Shown: positions 10,012 to 19,403, numbered from the whole stretch's first letter. The stretch: DNA of 62,706 nucleotides, filler included, from 4 parts of 4 records of this genome joined end to end with filler, not necessarily neighbours in it, one strand, 5' to 3'. Translations and numbers: made by a program. The notes: generated by a model from the sequence alone, not told the origin.

Positions 10012-10748
10012 CCAGCGATCCTGCAAAGCGCCGGTACCAGGAAATTGCCGAACTTCTCGCAAGGCGTATCGAGGAGGGGGGCTACAGGCCCGGCGACAAG
10101 TTTCCGACCGAGCGACAGATTTCGGTCGAACTCGGTATCAGCCGCTCCCTGGTGCGTGAAGCTTTTATCGTTCTGGAAATCGAAGGCTATCTGGACGTGC
10201 GCAAGGGCTCCGGCAGCTATGTGGCGGCCGGTGAAAAGATTTCGCTGCATATTCCGAAGGCAGACTACGGACCCTTCGAATTGCTGCAGGCCCGCCAACT
10301 CTTGGAAAGCAGCATTGCCGGCTTTGCCGCCACCACGATCACCAAAAGCGACATCATTCATCTGCGGGAGACGCTCGATCTGGAGCGCAGGGCGATCGAA
10401 CACGGTGAGGAAGATTACACCGCCGACCGGCAGTTCCACCGGCAGATCGCCGAAGCAACCCAGAACAGTGTTCTGGTGGACCAGGTGGAAGACCTCTGGA
10501 ACAAGCGTGAAAACAGTTCCATGTGGGCTCGGCTGCATGACCGCATCTTCGATCTCAGCTACCGGGCCAAATGGCTGGATGATCACGCCGAAATTCTGGA
10601 GGCGTTGCGCCACCGTAACTCCGAGAAGGCGCGCCTTGCCATGTGGCAGCACTTGGAAAACGTTCGCCTGACTCTGCTTGAGCTTTCGGACGTCGGCGAT
10701 CCTGATTTCGACGGTTACCTTTATACCCCGGCACAGGCCGCGCCCTGA
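10008..10748 (+). CDS. GntR/FadR family transcriptional regulator (UxuR/ExuR-like)
   Basis: N-terminal wHTH (PTERQIS...SRSLVREA...RKGSG); FCD domain with GPFELLQARQLLES as in ExuR/UxuR. Confidence 0.9.
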   Translation: MTSDPAKRRYQEIAELLARRIEEGGYRPGDKFPTERQISVELGISRSLVREAFIVLEIEGYLDVRKGSGSYVAAGEKISLHIPKADYGPFELLQARQLLESSIAGFAATTITKSDIIHLRETLDLERRAIEHGEEDYTADRQFHRQIAEATQNSVLVDQVEDLWNKRENSSMWARLHDRIFDLSYRAKWLDDHAEILEALRHRNSEKARLAMWQHLENVRLTLLELSDVGDPDFDGYLYTPAQAAP

Positions 10749-10829
10749 ACGCCGGCGAATGATGTGCGCCATACACAAGACCCCAAACACAAAACGCTGC
10801 AGCGATAACAACAAGAAAGACTTCAGGCG

Positions 10830-12011
10830 ATGATCGAAAGCTGGCGCTGGTTCGGACCGCAGGACCCCATCTCCCTGAGGGATATCCGCCAGACAGGTGC
10901 ACGCGGCATCGTCACCGCCCTGCATGATATTCCCAACGGCACCTTCTGGCCGGAAGAGGAAATCGCGTCCCGCCGTCGCATGATCGAGGCAGCCGGCCTG
11001 GAATGGGTCGTCACCGAGAGCATCCCGGTGCATGAGGACATCAAGACCGGGGCGCCCGGATGGGAAAAGTGGGCGGTAAACTGGGCGGAGACGGTTCGCG
11101 CCCTGGCGCGCCAGGGCATCAGGACGATCTGCTACAATTTCATGCCCGTGCTGGACTGGACCCGGACGGATCTCGACTACGAACTGGAAGACGGTGCAAC
11201 CGCCCTGCGGTTCGAGTTCGCGGCTTATGCCGCGTTCGATCTGTTCATTCTGCAGCGGGAGGGCGCTGAGGCGGACTATGATGCTGCCGATATTGCGCTT
11301 GCCGAGGAACGCTTTGCCCGGATGTCCATCGAGGAGCGGGACAGGCTGACCGCCAATATCATTGCAGGATTGCCCGGTTCGGAAGAAAGCTACACGCTGG
11401 AGACATTCCGGGACCGCCTCGCGTCTTATCGCGGTATCGGCCGGGAAGAGCTTTTCCGGAACCTTCAGAACTTCCTTGAAATCGTCGTGCCGGCCGCCGA
11501 GGAGGAGGGGGCTGTCTTGGCCATCCATCCGGATGACCCGCCGAGGTCTCTCTTCGGTTTGCCGCGAATTGTCGGGTCGATCGGTGATCTGCAGCGAATT
11601 GCCGGCATGAACCCGTCAATGGCAAACGGCTTTACCGTCTGCTCCGGATCGCTTGGTGTCAGCGCCGGCAACAATATTCCCGAAATCATCGATGCATTGG
11701 GTGAGCGGATCCATTTTGCCCATCTGAGGGCAACTAGGCGCGAGCAGGATCCCCGCAGTTTCCGCGAAGATGCGCATCTTGAGGGCGACGTCGATATGGT
11801 CGCCATCATTCGTGCACTGCGGCGCATGGAACGACAAACGGGTAAGTGGATCCCGATGCGGCCGGATCATGGGCATCGCATGTTGAACGATCTCAGTGGA
11901 ACATCGACGCCCGGGTATCCGGCGATCGGCCGGTTGCGGGGACTGGCGGAGCTGCGCGGTGTGACCCGGGCGGTTGATATTCTGGACACAGTCGAAGCGG
12001 CGGCTGAATAG
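10830..12011 (+). CDS. uxuA: mannonate dehydratase
   Basis: WRWFGP, ESIPVHEDIK, CYNFMPVLDWTRT, HPDDPP, MRPDHGH. Confidence 0.97.
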   Translation: MIESWRWFGPQDPISLRDIRQTGARGIVTALHDIPNGTFWPEEEIASRRRMIEAAGLEWVVTESIPVHEDIKTGAPGWEKWAVNWAETVRALARQGIRTICYNFMPVLDWTRTDLDYELEDGATALRFEFAAYAAFDLFILQREGAEADYDAADIALAEERFARMSIEERDRLTANIIAGLPGSEESYTLETFRDRLASYRGIGREELFRNLQNFLEIVVPAAEEEGAVLAIHPDDPPRSLFGLPRIVGSIGDLQRIAGMNPSMANGFTVCSGSLGVSAGNNIPEIIDALGERIHFAHLRATRREQDPRSFREDAHLEGDVDMVAIIRALRRMERQTGKWIPMRPDHGHRMLNDLSGTSTPGYPAIGRLRGLAELRGVTRAVDILDTVEAAAE

Positions 12012-12128
12012 GTCATTCGGGCAAGGCAATAACCTTGACCGGGCGCGGTATCCGATTACATCCATCTGCTGAGAAACTTCACGGCAATGGCGATGGCACC
12101 GGTCATGCCCGAGATCCCGGAGACCTGA

Positions 12129-12527
12129 ATGGAAAAGAATGTCGATTACCTTGTAGAGGACGGGCACGATGTCATCCTCATAGAAGGACTGAAAGTCGCG
12201 ACGCAGATCGGCATTCTGGACAGCGAGAAAAACCGGACACAAACCGTCTGCTTCGATATCGAAATGCAGACTGTTACCGGCTATCGCCGGATCGTGCGCG
12301 AAACGGGTGCGTTTGTTTCCTATGCCGACGCGGTCGAATTCATTCTGCAAAAGGCAGCCTCCGGCGGTCATATCGACCTGGTCGAGGATTGGGCTGAAGC
12401 CGTTGCGGATTTCGTTTTGACGAATGAGCTGGTTGAAGGCGTCAGCGTGAAGGTCACCAAGCCGGACATCTTTGAGGAAGCCGCGGGCGTCGGCATTCGC
12501 ATCAAGCGCCGCCGGCAGTCCCGTTGA
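12129..12527 (+). CDS. folB: dihydroneopterin aldolase (FolB family)
   Basis: IGILDSE, VSY, LVE and VTKP keep the Glu/Tyr/Glu/Lys active-site set; ends in GVGIRIKR. Confidence 0.8.
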   Translation: MEKNVDYLVEDGHDVILIEGLKVATQIGILDSEKNRTQTVCFDIEMQTVTGYRRIVRETGAFVSYADAVEFILQKAASGGHIDLVEDWAEAVADFVLTNELVEGVSVKVTKPDIFEEAAGVGIRIKRRRQSR

Positions 12528-12626
12528 CCTTGCCCTCTCGCCGCATTTTCCTATCTGCCCTGAAACCTGCCTGATCCCGCCCGGCATTTCCGGGCAAGAG
12601 GTTCGACACCGGGAGCCCCGCCTCAC

Positions 12627-13511
12627 ATGATTTCCGCCGATCGCCTGCTTCCTCTCTGGCTCAAATATCGCGATGCTCTCGAAGCACCGATCCGAACCTT
12701 CGAATTTGAAAAGTTTGGCCGGCGGTTCGAGGACCGCACCTATCAGATGGGCGTCCTGAACCTGTCACCGGACAGCACCTATCGCGAAACGGTTTGCCAT
12801 ACCTTCGAAGCGGCGCTTTATCGTGGTCGGCGCATGACGCTGGAGGGGGCGGCGATGGTTGACATCGGCGCGGAGTCGACCGGCGAGACTGCGGACATCG
12901 TTGCGGCCGAGCGGCAGATCGACCGCATGCGCCCGGTCGTAAAGGCTCTTGCCGACGAAGGCATTCTTGTTTCCGTTGAAACCTATCATCCGGAAGTGGG
13001 CGTCGCCCTACTGGAGGCCGGAGCAGGAGTGGTCAATCTGACGGGACGCGTTGACGACCCGGCCTTCTACGAGTCGATTGCGAAGCATCAGGCCGGTATC
13101 GTCCTGTGTTACACACCGGGCAAGAATGCCCGTTCCGATGATTACCTGCCGCCGGCTGAAGATATCTTCGATCACCAGCTCACATTCTTCCGCGAGAGGG
13201 TCCATCTGGCCACAGAAGCCGGGATCGAGCGGCTGTGGGTTGACCCCGGCTTCGGCTTTGCGCTGCACTTGCCGGACGGGCCGGACCGGATCCGGTATCA
13301 GACCGACAGTATTCTCCAGTCGTTCCGCCTGCGGGAACTCGGTTGGCCGGTGACCGTGCAGTTGACCGGGGCAGTGTATCTGTTCCGTGATGAAGTTCGG
13401 GTGGCGCAGACCAGCGCGGCAACTCTGGCCGTCATGTCGAGAGCAAACCTGGTGCGCAGCCATGAAGTGCCACGCGTGCAGCCGGTCCTGAACCTGCAGG
13501 ATTTCGCCTGA
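12627..13511 (+). CDS. dihydropteroate synthase-like pterin-binding TIM-barrel protein with a non-canonical active site
   Basis: MGVLNLSPDS, DIGAEST, VDPGFGF and RSHEV align to FolP motifs, but FSDGG, STRPG and SRK are missing. Confidence 0.8.
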   Translation: MISADRLLPLWLKYRDALEAPIRTFEFEKFGRRFEDRTYQMGVLNLSPDSTYRETVCHTFEAALYRGRRMTLEGAAMVDIGAESTGETADIVAAERQIDRMRPVVKALADEGILVSVETYHPEVGVALLEAGAGVVNLTGRVDDPAFYESIAKHQAGIVLCYTPGKNARSDDYLPPAEDIFDHQLTFFRERVHLATEAGIERLWVDPGFGFALHLPDGPDRIRYQTDSILQSFRLRELGWPVTVQLTGAVYLFRDEVRVAQTSAATLAVMSRANLVRSHEVPRVQPVLNLQDFA

Positions 13512-13586
13512 AGAGTTGGCCGCTTCCCAGAGTCTGTTTCTTGAGGGGCAAGCCGAGACAAACCCGAGCCAACCGGAGGAGTGCAT

Positions 13587-14342
13587 ATGGTAACCGACAG
13601 GATCGCACTGGTGACAGGGGCCGGCAAACGGCTCGGCAAGGCCATCGCCAGGGGGCTGGCGAATGAAGGTTATGCCATGGGCCTCCATTACAATTCTTCT
13701 GCCGAGGGTGCGCAGGAGCTTCATGACGAGATTGTCGCCGAAGGCGGCAAGGCCGCACTCTTGCAGAAAGACCTGAGCCGGCCGGAGACGGCCGGTGGCC
13801 TGATCGAGGACGCGGCCGCTGCACTGGGTGGACCGGTCGAGGTGCTGGTGAATTCCGCATCCGCGTTCAATACAGACAGCTTGTCTGACCTGACGATCGA
13901 TACCTGGCAGTTCCTGATGAACGTCAATGCGGCCGCGCCGGTATTCCTGATGCAGGCATTCGCCAACCAGGATCCCTTGCCGGAAGGCGGCGCGATCGTG
14001 AACATGCTCGACACCCAGATGCTGTCGGCGTCCCCGGAACGGTTCAGCTATTTTTGCGGAAAGTTCGCGCTCGACGGGGCGACCCGTCTGGCTGCCTACG
14101 ATCTGGGACCCAGGGGCATTCGCGTGAATGCGGTTGCTCCGGGCCTGATCCTGCCGAGCGACCAGACCCAGGAAAACTTTGACGCTAGGCAGAAGTTGAC
14201 GCCAATGGGGCCGGGCCTCGGGCCTGATGATGTGGTTGATGCGGTGATCTATCTGGTGGGGGCCAAACAGGTGACCGGACACACGCTGGTGGTGGATGCC
14301 GGGCAGCGGCTGATGGGCTTCGGAAACGCGCCAATCGGATGA
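13587..14342 (+). CDS. SDR oxidoreductase, pteridine reductase (FolM/PTR1-like)
   Basis: TGAGKRLG (with the Arg typical of pteridine reductases), HYNSS, LVNSAS, YxxxK (YFCGK), RVNAVAPG; ATG after GGAGGA. Confidence 0.8.
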   Translation: MVTDRIALVTGAGKRLGKAIARGLANEGYAMGLHYNSSAEGAQELHDEIVAEGGKAALLQKDLSRPETAGGLIEDAAAALGGPVEVLVNSASAFNTDSLSDLTIDTWQFLMNVNAAAPVFLMQAFANQDPLPEGGAIVNMLDTQMLSASPERFSYFCGKFALDGATRLAAYDLGPRGIRVNAVAPGLILPSDQTQENFDARQKLTPMGPGLGPDDVVDAVIYLVGAKQVTGHTLVVDAGQRLMGFGNAPIG

Positions 14343-14419
14343 AATTGAGGAAATCCTTGGGATTTCATGGTTAGCGAATGGTTAATATCCACTGCCACGA
14401 AAGTGGGGCGAATTTTCTT

Positions 14420-14461
14420 TCAAAAAAAATCAAAACCGGTGTTGACGGGTTGGGTTGGTCT
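14420..14461 (+). promoter_or_regulatory. probable rRNA operon promoter (UP element and -35), cut by the contig end
   Basis: A-tracts at 14422-14435 then TTGACG at 14442-14447; assemblies commonly break at rrn repeats; no rRNA sequence is present. Confidence 0.55.
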
Positions 14462-14561
14462 NNNNNNNNNNNNNNNNNNNNNNNNNNNNNNNNNNNNNNN
14501 NNNNNTTAATTAATTAANNNNNNNNNNNNNNNNNNNNNNNNNNNNNNNNNNNNNNNNNNNN
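14462..14561. other. artificial contig spacer
   Basis: N44 + TTAATTAATTAA (stops in all six frames) + N44. Confidence 0.99.
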
Positions 14562-15231
14562 CCCTTTGCTCTTCATCTGGCACAAGTGTTACTGTGCTGC
14601 CTTCCCATAAACTCCATTCTTTTGCAAAGCGTAGTCGCGTTTCCTCAAATTCTGGCTCGGTTAAGCGCTTGTAATAGGCGGCGATAATGTCTTCGCGTTC
14701 TTCTTCAGGCACAAGCCCCGTAAAACGTGACCATGATTCCGGGAAAATACGGCCCGTCCCATCGCGGTAGAACCAGTCTAGTTCACGTTGTCGCATTAGG
14801 AAAATGCCGCGCAAAATAAGGCCGTTCACATGGCTTGGAAATGCTTGCGCATACAGTAGGGAAAGCGTGCTGCCCCATGATCCGCCAAATAGAAGCCATT
14901 TTTCGATACCCAGATGGATTCGAATTTGCTCCATATCTTTGACCAGATGTTGGGATGTATTATTTTCCAGTGATGCATGCGGCTTGCTTTGCCCACAGCC
15001 GCGCTGATCAAATAAAATGATGCGGTATTTGTTTGGGTTGAAAAAGCGCCGCTGAATACCGCTACTGCCGCCACCGGGGCCACCATGAACAAAGAGTACT
15101 GGCTGCCCATTTGGGTTGCCAGATTGTTCAACATATATTCTGTGGTCATCCTCCGTTGCTATCCACTCCTTGTGAAAGGGTTGAATGGCAGGGTATAATG
15201 TCCGCAGGGCTACTTTCCCGTCCGCGCGCAA
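14562..15231 (-). CDS. pip: proline iminopeptidase, 3'-truncated
   Basis: LYPAI, HGGPGG, FDQRGCG and nucleophile GGSWG. Confidence 0.93.
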
Positions 15232-15439
15232 TTTTATTCCTTTTTTTTAAGTCTAGCCGGGCTGTTGAGCTGTGACAAGCGCGACCATGCGTTTGTGGGC
15301 ACTCAAAAAAATTTGGCATGGCCTTAAAAACGATGTAGATGAAGTGTTCTAGCGTAAAGCTGGAACAGCGTGTGTGGAGGGCGCTAACAATTGTTTAACG
15401 GTGATTAGTGTGCAGAATCACTGAAAAAATGAGGTTATT

Positions 15440-16453
15440 ATGCCACACGAACAGTGTATGCGCCTGAATGATGAAGCCAAGGCACGATTGAAAATCTTGT
15501 TCCTTGCGAAATGGGCCGAAGGCGACGGAACGCCCGACTCGGAAGATGGCACGCACGCCACCTATCACTATGAATTACGGGAAACGCTTAAGGAAATTGG
15601 CTTCAATGTTGAAGCTTGTGGCCGTTATGAGCGATTGTTTGAAGCGCGCGATTATGATTTTCTTTTCACTCTGTTCAATAGGGGCGGTTTCGTAAACAGC
15701 GAGATGTTGGCACCGCTTTTGTCAACTTACTATAAAACACCGTTTTTAGGGGCCAGCCCCATTTTGCGTGGCTTGGGCGATGACAAGCATCTGATGAAAC
15801 TGGCAGCTAAAAGCCGCGGCCTATCAACGCCCGACTGGGAAATTTACCGTCGGGGCTGTCCGTCGCTTGCTGCACCAAATTTCAAAACCGATAGGTTAGT
15901 GGTTAAGCCAAATGCCAGTTCCGCTTCCTGGGGCATCAAGGCCGTTGAAACCTGGTCTGGCGCTAAAGAGCATATTGAATATCTACATTCGCTGGGCCAT
16001 GACGCTATTGTTGAAGATTTTGTTGATGGCTATGAATTGGCGGTGCCAATCATTGGGGGGCGCAGCCCTTGGATATTGCCGATTGTTCGTTTTCTGGTGG
16101 ATGACCCTCTCGCCATTCGGTCTTACGAACAAAAGCGACATCTGACGGAAAGCGATGATGTGGTGCTGGAAATATACAAAGAACAGCCGATTATTGATCG
16201 GCTGCATCGCTATGCGGAGAATATTTTACCTGAAATTTGGCCGTGTGATTATGCTCGCATGGAATTCAAATATGACCCTAAAACGGATGCCTTGAATTTT
16301 CTTGAGATTAACTTGAGCTGCAATTTATGGTCAAAAAAAGCGGTGCCATTTGCAGCGCGCGGGGCCGGTGTTGAATACCCGGAATTGATCGAAACAATTC
16401 TGTGTCATAGTATGCTGCGTCAAGGGCTTATAAGATCGAACGATCTTATTTAG
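15440..16453 (+). CDS. ATP-grasp protein, distantly D-Ala-D-Ala ligase-like, function unknown
   Basis: PFLGA, DDKHLMK, VVKPNASSASWG, IVEDFVDG, ARMEF, FLEIN; lacks the Ddl GGxSxE and HGxxGEDG motifs. Confidence 0.75.
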   Translation: MPHEQCMRLNDEAKARLKILFLAKWAEGDGTPDSEDGTHATYHYELRETLKEIGFNVEACGRYERLFEARDYDFLFTLFNRGGFVNSEMLAPLLSTYYKTPFLGASPILRGLGDDKHLMKLAAKSRGLSTPDWEIYRRGCPSLAAPNFKTDRLVVKPNASSASWGIKAVETWSGAKEHIEYLHSLGHDAIVEDFVDGYELAVPIIGGRSPWILPIVRFLVDDPLAIRSYEQKRHLTESDDVVLEIYKEQPIIDRLHRYAENILPEIWPCDYARMEFKYDPKTDALNFLEINLSCNLWSKKAVPFAARGAGVEYPELIETILCHSMLRQGLIRSNDLI

Positions 16454-16478
16454 ACGACTATAAATAAAGGATTTGCAG

Positions 16479-17291
16479 GTGAAAAAATTCCATGCGGTCG
16501 TGATGGCGGCGCAGCGGGTCGGCGTGGTCAATGAATTGGCCGCTGATGCGGGCGTTTCTCACAAGTGCCTCATAGAAATGGGCGGCAAAAAACTTGTTGA
16601 ACATGTGTTGGATTGTCTGGACGCAAGCCCGGAAATTGAGCAGGTGACAGTATCAATTGATCAACTTGAGGTGCTGGACGGTGTTGCTGCTTTTGAGCGT
16701 ATGAAGGCGTCCGGTAAAGCGCGGGCAGTTTTGGCTGGCGCTGACTTATATTCCAGCTTTAGGGCAGCCGTAGACGGGGAAGGCTTGCTACCAGCCTTGG
16801 TGACAACCGCGGATAATGTTCTTTTGTTGCCGTCAATGGTGGCGCATTTTTGCGCAGAAATTCACAAGGCCAATGCCCGGTCAGCTATCGCGATGACTGA
16901 AAAAAAGATATTGCTGGATGTCTACCCGGACGGCCAGCGACGTTTTCACAAGTTTGCCGACAATGAATATTCCAATTGTAATCTTTATGCGATCATGGAC
17001 CAGGAGACGGTAAACCTCGTGAGCGTTTTTCAAACCGGTGGCCAGTTTGCCAAGTCTTTATATCGGGTTTTAAAGGCCTTTGGCTTATGGAATGCCATAG
17101 CGTACCGGTTTGCAATTTATAGCTTGGATCAGGGTATGAATCGTATGTCGAAAAAGTTCAACACATCGGTTATTGCAGTAAGAATGCCTTTCCCCGAAGC
17201 GCCGATTGATGTGGATAACTTTCGCTCCAAAAAATTAGCCTCGGAAATTTTGGCAACGCGAAAAACCGCAAAAGCTAGTGCCTCAAACTAG
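16479..17291 (+). CDS. MobA-like / GT-A fold nucleotidyltransferase
   Basis: AVVMAA...HKCLI N-terminus, LVTTAD, YSNCNLY and IDVD; GTG start with AAGGA RBS. Confidence 0.75.
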   Translation: MKKFHAVVMAAQRVGVVNELAADAGVSHKCLIEMGGKKLVEHVLDCLDASPEIEQVTVSIDQLEVLDGVAAFERMKASGKARAVLAGADLYSSFRAAVDGEGLLPALVTTADNVLLLPSMVAHFCAEIHKANARSAIAMTEKKILLDVYPDGQRRFHKFADNEYSNCNLYAIMDQETVNLVSVFQTGGQFAKSLYRVLKAFGLWNAIAYRFAIYSLDQGMNRMSKKFNTSVIAVRMPFPEAPIDVDNFRSKKLASEILATRKTAKASASN

Positions 17292-17401
17292 GTCACAATT
17301 GAAGGCGTTTTTCGATAACTGCTTGCGTTAACCGCTTTTGTTAGCAAGTCTATGAAATCGAATGTAAAAAGTAGGGCATTGGTTAAAGCGATGGTTTGCG
17401 C

Positions 17402-18559
17402 ATGAAGACTGCGGTTGAAAACAATGACTTTGTCACTGTCGAGGTGACTGACGGCGAAAGGCGTGTCCTCCTGAAGGGGGATTGGGTTATTGAAAATGCA
17501 CATGCCATTAACCAGGTCATGCGCTCTTTGTTTCCGCCTAAATCTAGCCAATCAATTCCCACGTCAGCTTCGCTGCTTGACTGCGGTGGACTTACCTCTT
17601 TGGATACTACAGGGGCCGTTTTGGTGCGGCGTTTTGCGGGTGAGGTGGGCGAGCACTGTGAAGCAACCTTAACCGGTGTACCAGACGCCCATAAACCTCT
17701 TTTGGACGTTATTACCTGCTGCCCGCCCGAAGCACGCACAGAACCCGAGACGATGCCTTGGTATATGGCAATTTTATCAGGAACCGGTGAAGCCTTCTGG
17801 ATGGCGGTGCGGTCGTTTGCACGGCTGCTGAGTTTTCTGGGCCTAATGCTGGTGCGTTTGATGGGGTCCATTTCAGATCCGGGCCGGGTTCGACTTATCC
17901 CAATTATTCATCAAATGGATGTAACAGGCATGCGTGCCATGGGCATTGTCGGCTTGATTTCCTTTCTTATTGGCGCGGTTATGGTGAACCAAGGTGCCAT
18001 TCAATTGGCGCGCTTTGGTGCTGATATTTTTGTTATTGATATGATGGGTATTTCACACCTGCGCGAATTGGGTATTTTGCTTACCGCAATCATTATTGCG
18101 GGCCGGTCGGGCAGCGCTTTCACCGCCCAAATTGGGTCGATGGTACTTAATGAGGAAGTAGATGCCATGCGCACCCTTGGCATGGACCCTATTGATGTAC
18201 TTGTATTGCCGCGGTTGATTGCGTTGTTGGTATGCCTGCCGTTGTTGGCATTTTACGCGGATGTTGTAGGCATTGCGGGCGGCTTGCTGATGGCGTGGAT
18301 TCAGCTGGATATATCCCCCGGAAACTTCATCGTATACTTCCGAGAGGAAATATCTGTTGATCATTTCTGGGTTGGCATCATCAAAGCGCCGTTTTTCGCG
18401 GCAATTATCGCCACATGTGGTTGCTATCAGGGTTTGCGGGTAGAGGGCAGCGCCGACGCGCTTGGCTCGCGCACAACCAAAAGCGTTGTACAGGCGATTT
18501 TTCTGGTCATTGTATTCGATGCCTTGTTTGCCATATTTTTCACCAGCATTGGGCTATAG
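17402..18559 (+). CDS. mlaE: MlaE family permease with N-terminal STAS domain
   Basis: STAS LDTTGA; LRELG, AGRSGSAFTAQIGSM, EEVDAMRTLG, TTKSVV. Confidence 0.92.
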   Translation: MKTAVENNDFVTVEVTDGERRVLLKGDWVIENAHAINQVMRSLFPPKSSQSIPTSASLLDCGGLTSLDTTGAVLVRRFAGEVGEHCEATLTGVPDAHKPLLDVITCCPPEARTEPETMPWYMAILSGTGEAFWMAVRSFARLLSFLGLMLVRLMGSISDPGRVRLIPIIHQMDVTGMRAMGIVGLISFLIGAVMVNQGAIQLARFGADIFVIDMMGISHLRELGILLTAIIIAGRSGSAFTAQIGSMVLNEEVDAMRTLGMDPIDVLVLPRLIALLVCLPLLAFYADVVGIAGGLLMAWIQLDISPGNFIVYFREEISVDHFWVGIIKAPFFAAIIATCGCYQGLRVEGSADALGSRTTKSVVQAIFLVIVFDALFAIFFTSIGL

Positions 18560-18568
18560 GGGCGATTG

Positions 18569-19375
18569 ATGGATGGTTTGATGCAAAGCCCTAGCCCAAC
18601 GCCAGTCCCTGGTACTGACGACGCGATCATTAAAATTCGGGGTTTGAAAACCGCGTTCGGTGACCATGTTGTGCATGAAAACCTGGACCTTGATGTCAAC
18701 CGCGGTGAAATTCTTGGCATTGTCGGGGGGTCCGGTTCAGGCAAGTCGGTTTTATTGCGCACAATTATTGGCCTGAATAAGCAAGTTACAGGAACTGTTG
18801 AAATTAATGGACGTAACCAATCAGGGCTGTCCCGCGCTGAGGAGCGCGCTTCGCGTCAGGATTGGGGCGTGTTATTTCAAGACGGTGCCTTGTTCAGCTC
18901 ATTAACGGTTGCCCAAAATATACAGGTGCCTCTACGCGAATATTATGACCTGCCGCTTGATGTTATGGATGACCTTGCCCGCAGCAAAGTTACCATGGCA
19001 GGCTTGCCGCTTGAGGCGGCATGCCAGTTTCCGTCAGACCTGTCAGGCGGCATGCGCAAGCGGGCGGCCCTAGCGCGCTCTTTAGCGCTAGACCCAAAGG
19101 TCTTGTTTCTGGATGAGCCAACCGCCGGGCTTGATCCTATCGGTGCAGCAGCTTTCGATGGGCTGGTGAAAGACCTAAGCGTGTCGCTTGGGCTGACGGT
19201 ATTTTTGGTAACTCATGATCTCGACACTTTGTATAGAGTGTGCGACCGTATTGCGGTATTGGGTGATAAACGTATGTTAATCAATGCGCCGCTTAGCGAG
19301 GTTGTGAAATTTGACCACCCATGGGTAAAAGAATATTTTGGTGGTCCGCGCGCCCGCGCTGCGGGCGTTGTGTAA
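18569..19375 (+). CDS. mlaF: MlaF family ABC ATPase
   Basis: GGSGSGKS, LSGGMRKR, FLDEPTAGLDP. Confidence 0.92.
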   Translation: MDGLMQSPSPTPVPGTDDAIIKIRGLKTAFGDHVVHENLDLDVNRGEILGIVGGSGSGKSVLLRTIIGLNKQVTGTVEINGRNQSGLSRAEERASRQDWGVLFQDGALFSSLTVAQNIQVPLREYYDLPLDVMDDLARSKVTMAGLPLEAACQFPSDLSGGMRKRAALARSLALDPKVLFLDEPTAGLDPIGAAAFDGLVKDLSVSLGLTVFLVTHDLDTLYRVCDRIAVLGDKRMLINAPLSEVVKFDHPWVKEYFGGPRARAAGVV

Positions 19376-19403
19376 GGTTAGGTAGGGAATAGGAAACAGC
19401 TGA

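Noticed and set aside
10749-10829. A/C-rich spacer before uxuA (ATAACAACAAG)
   Set aside because: Could be an Hfq-type A-rich leader but is too short and too common to support a call
12035-12128. GCTGAGA suggesting a TPP riboswitch ahead of folB
   Set aside because: The downstream conserved core (CCTGATC...GCGnAGGGA) is missing
12596-12612. GGTTCGACACC resembling a tRNA T-loop
   Set aside because: Only a 2-bp stem, with no acceptor, D or anticodon arms
12627-13511. Calling the DHPS-like gene a sul sulfonamide-resistance gene
   Set aside because: Sul enzymes retain the SRK lysine and the FSDGG-type loop; no mobile-element context
14506-14517. TTAATTAATTAA repeated three times in the window
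   Set aside because: Synthetic six-frame stop linker flanked by Ns; not a biological repeat or CRISPR
15440-16453. Calling the ATP-grasp gene ddl or a van-type resistance ligase
   Set aside because: Lacks the Ddl N-terminal GGxSxE, HGxxGEDG and NxxPG motifs and has no mur or van context
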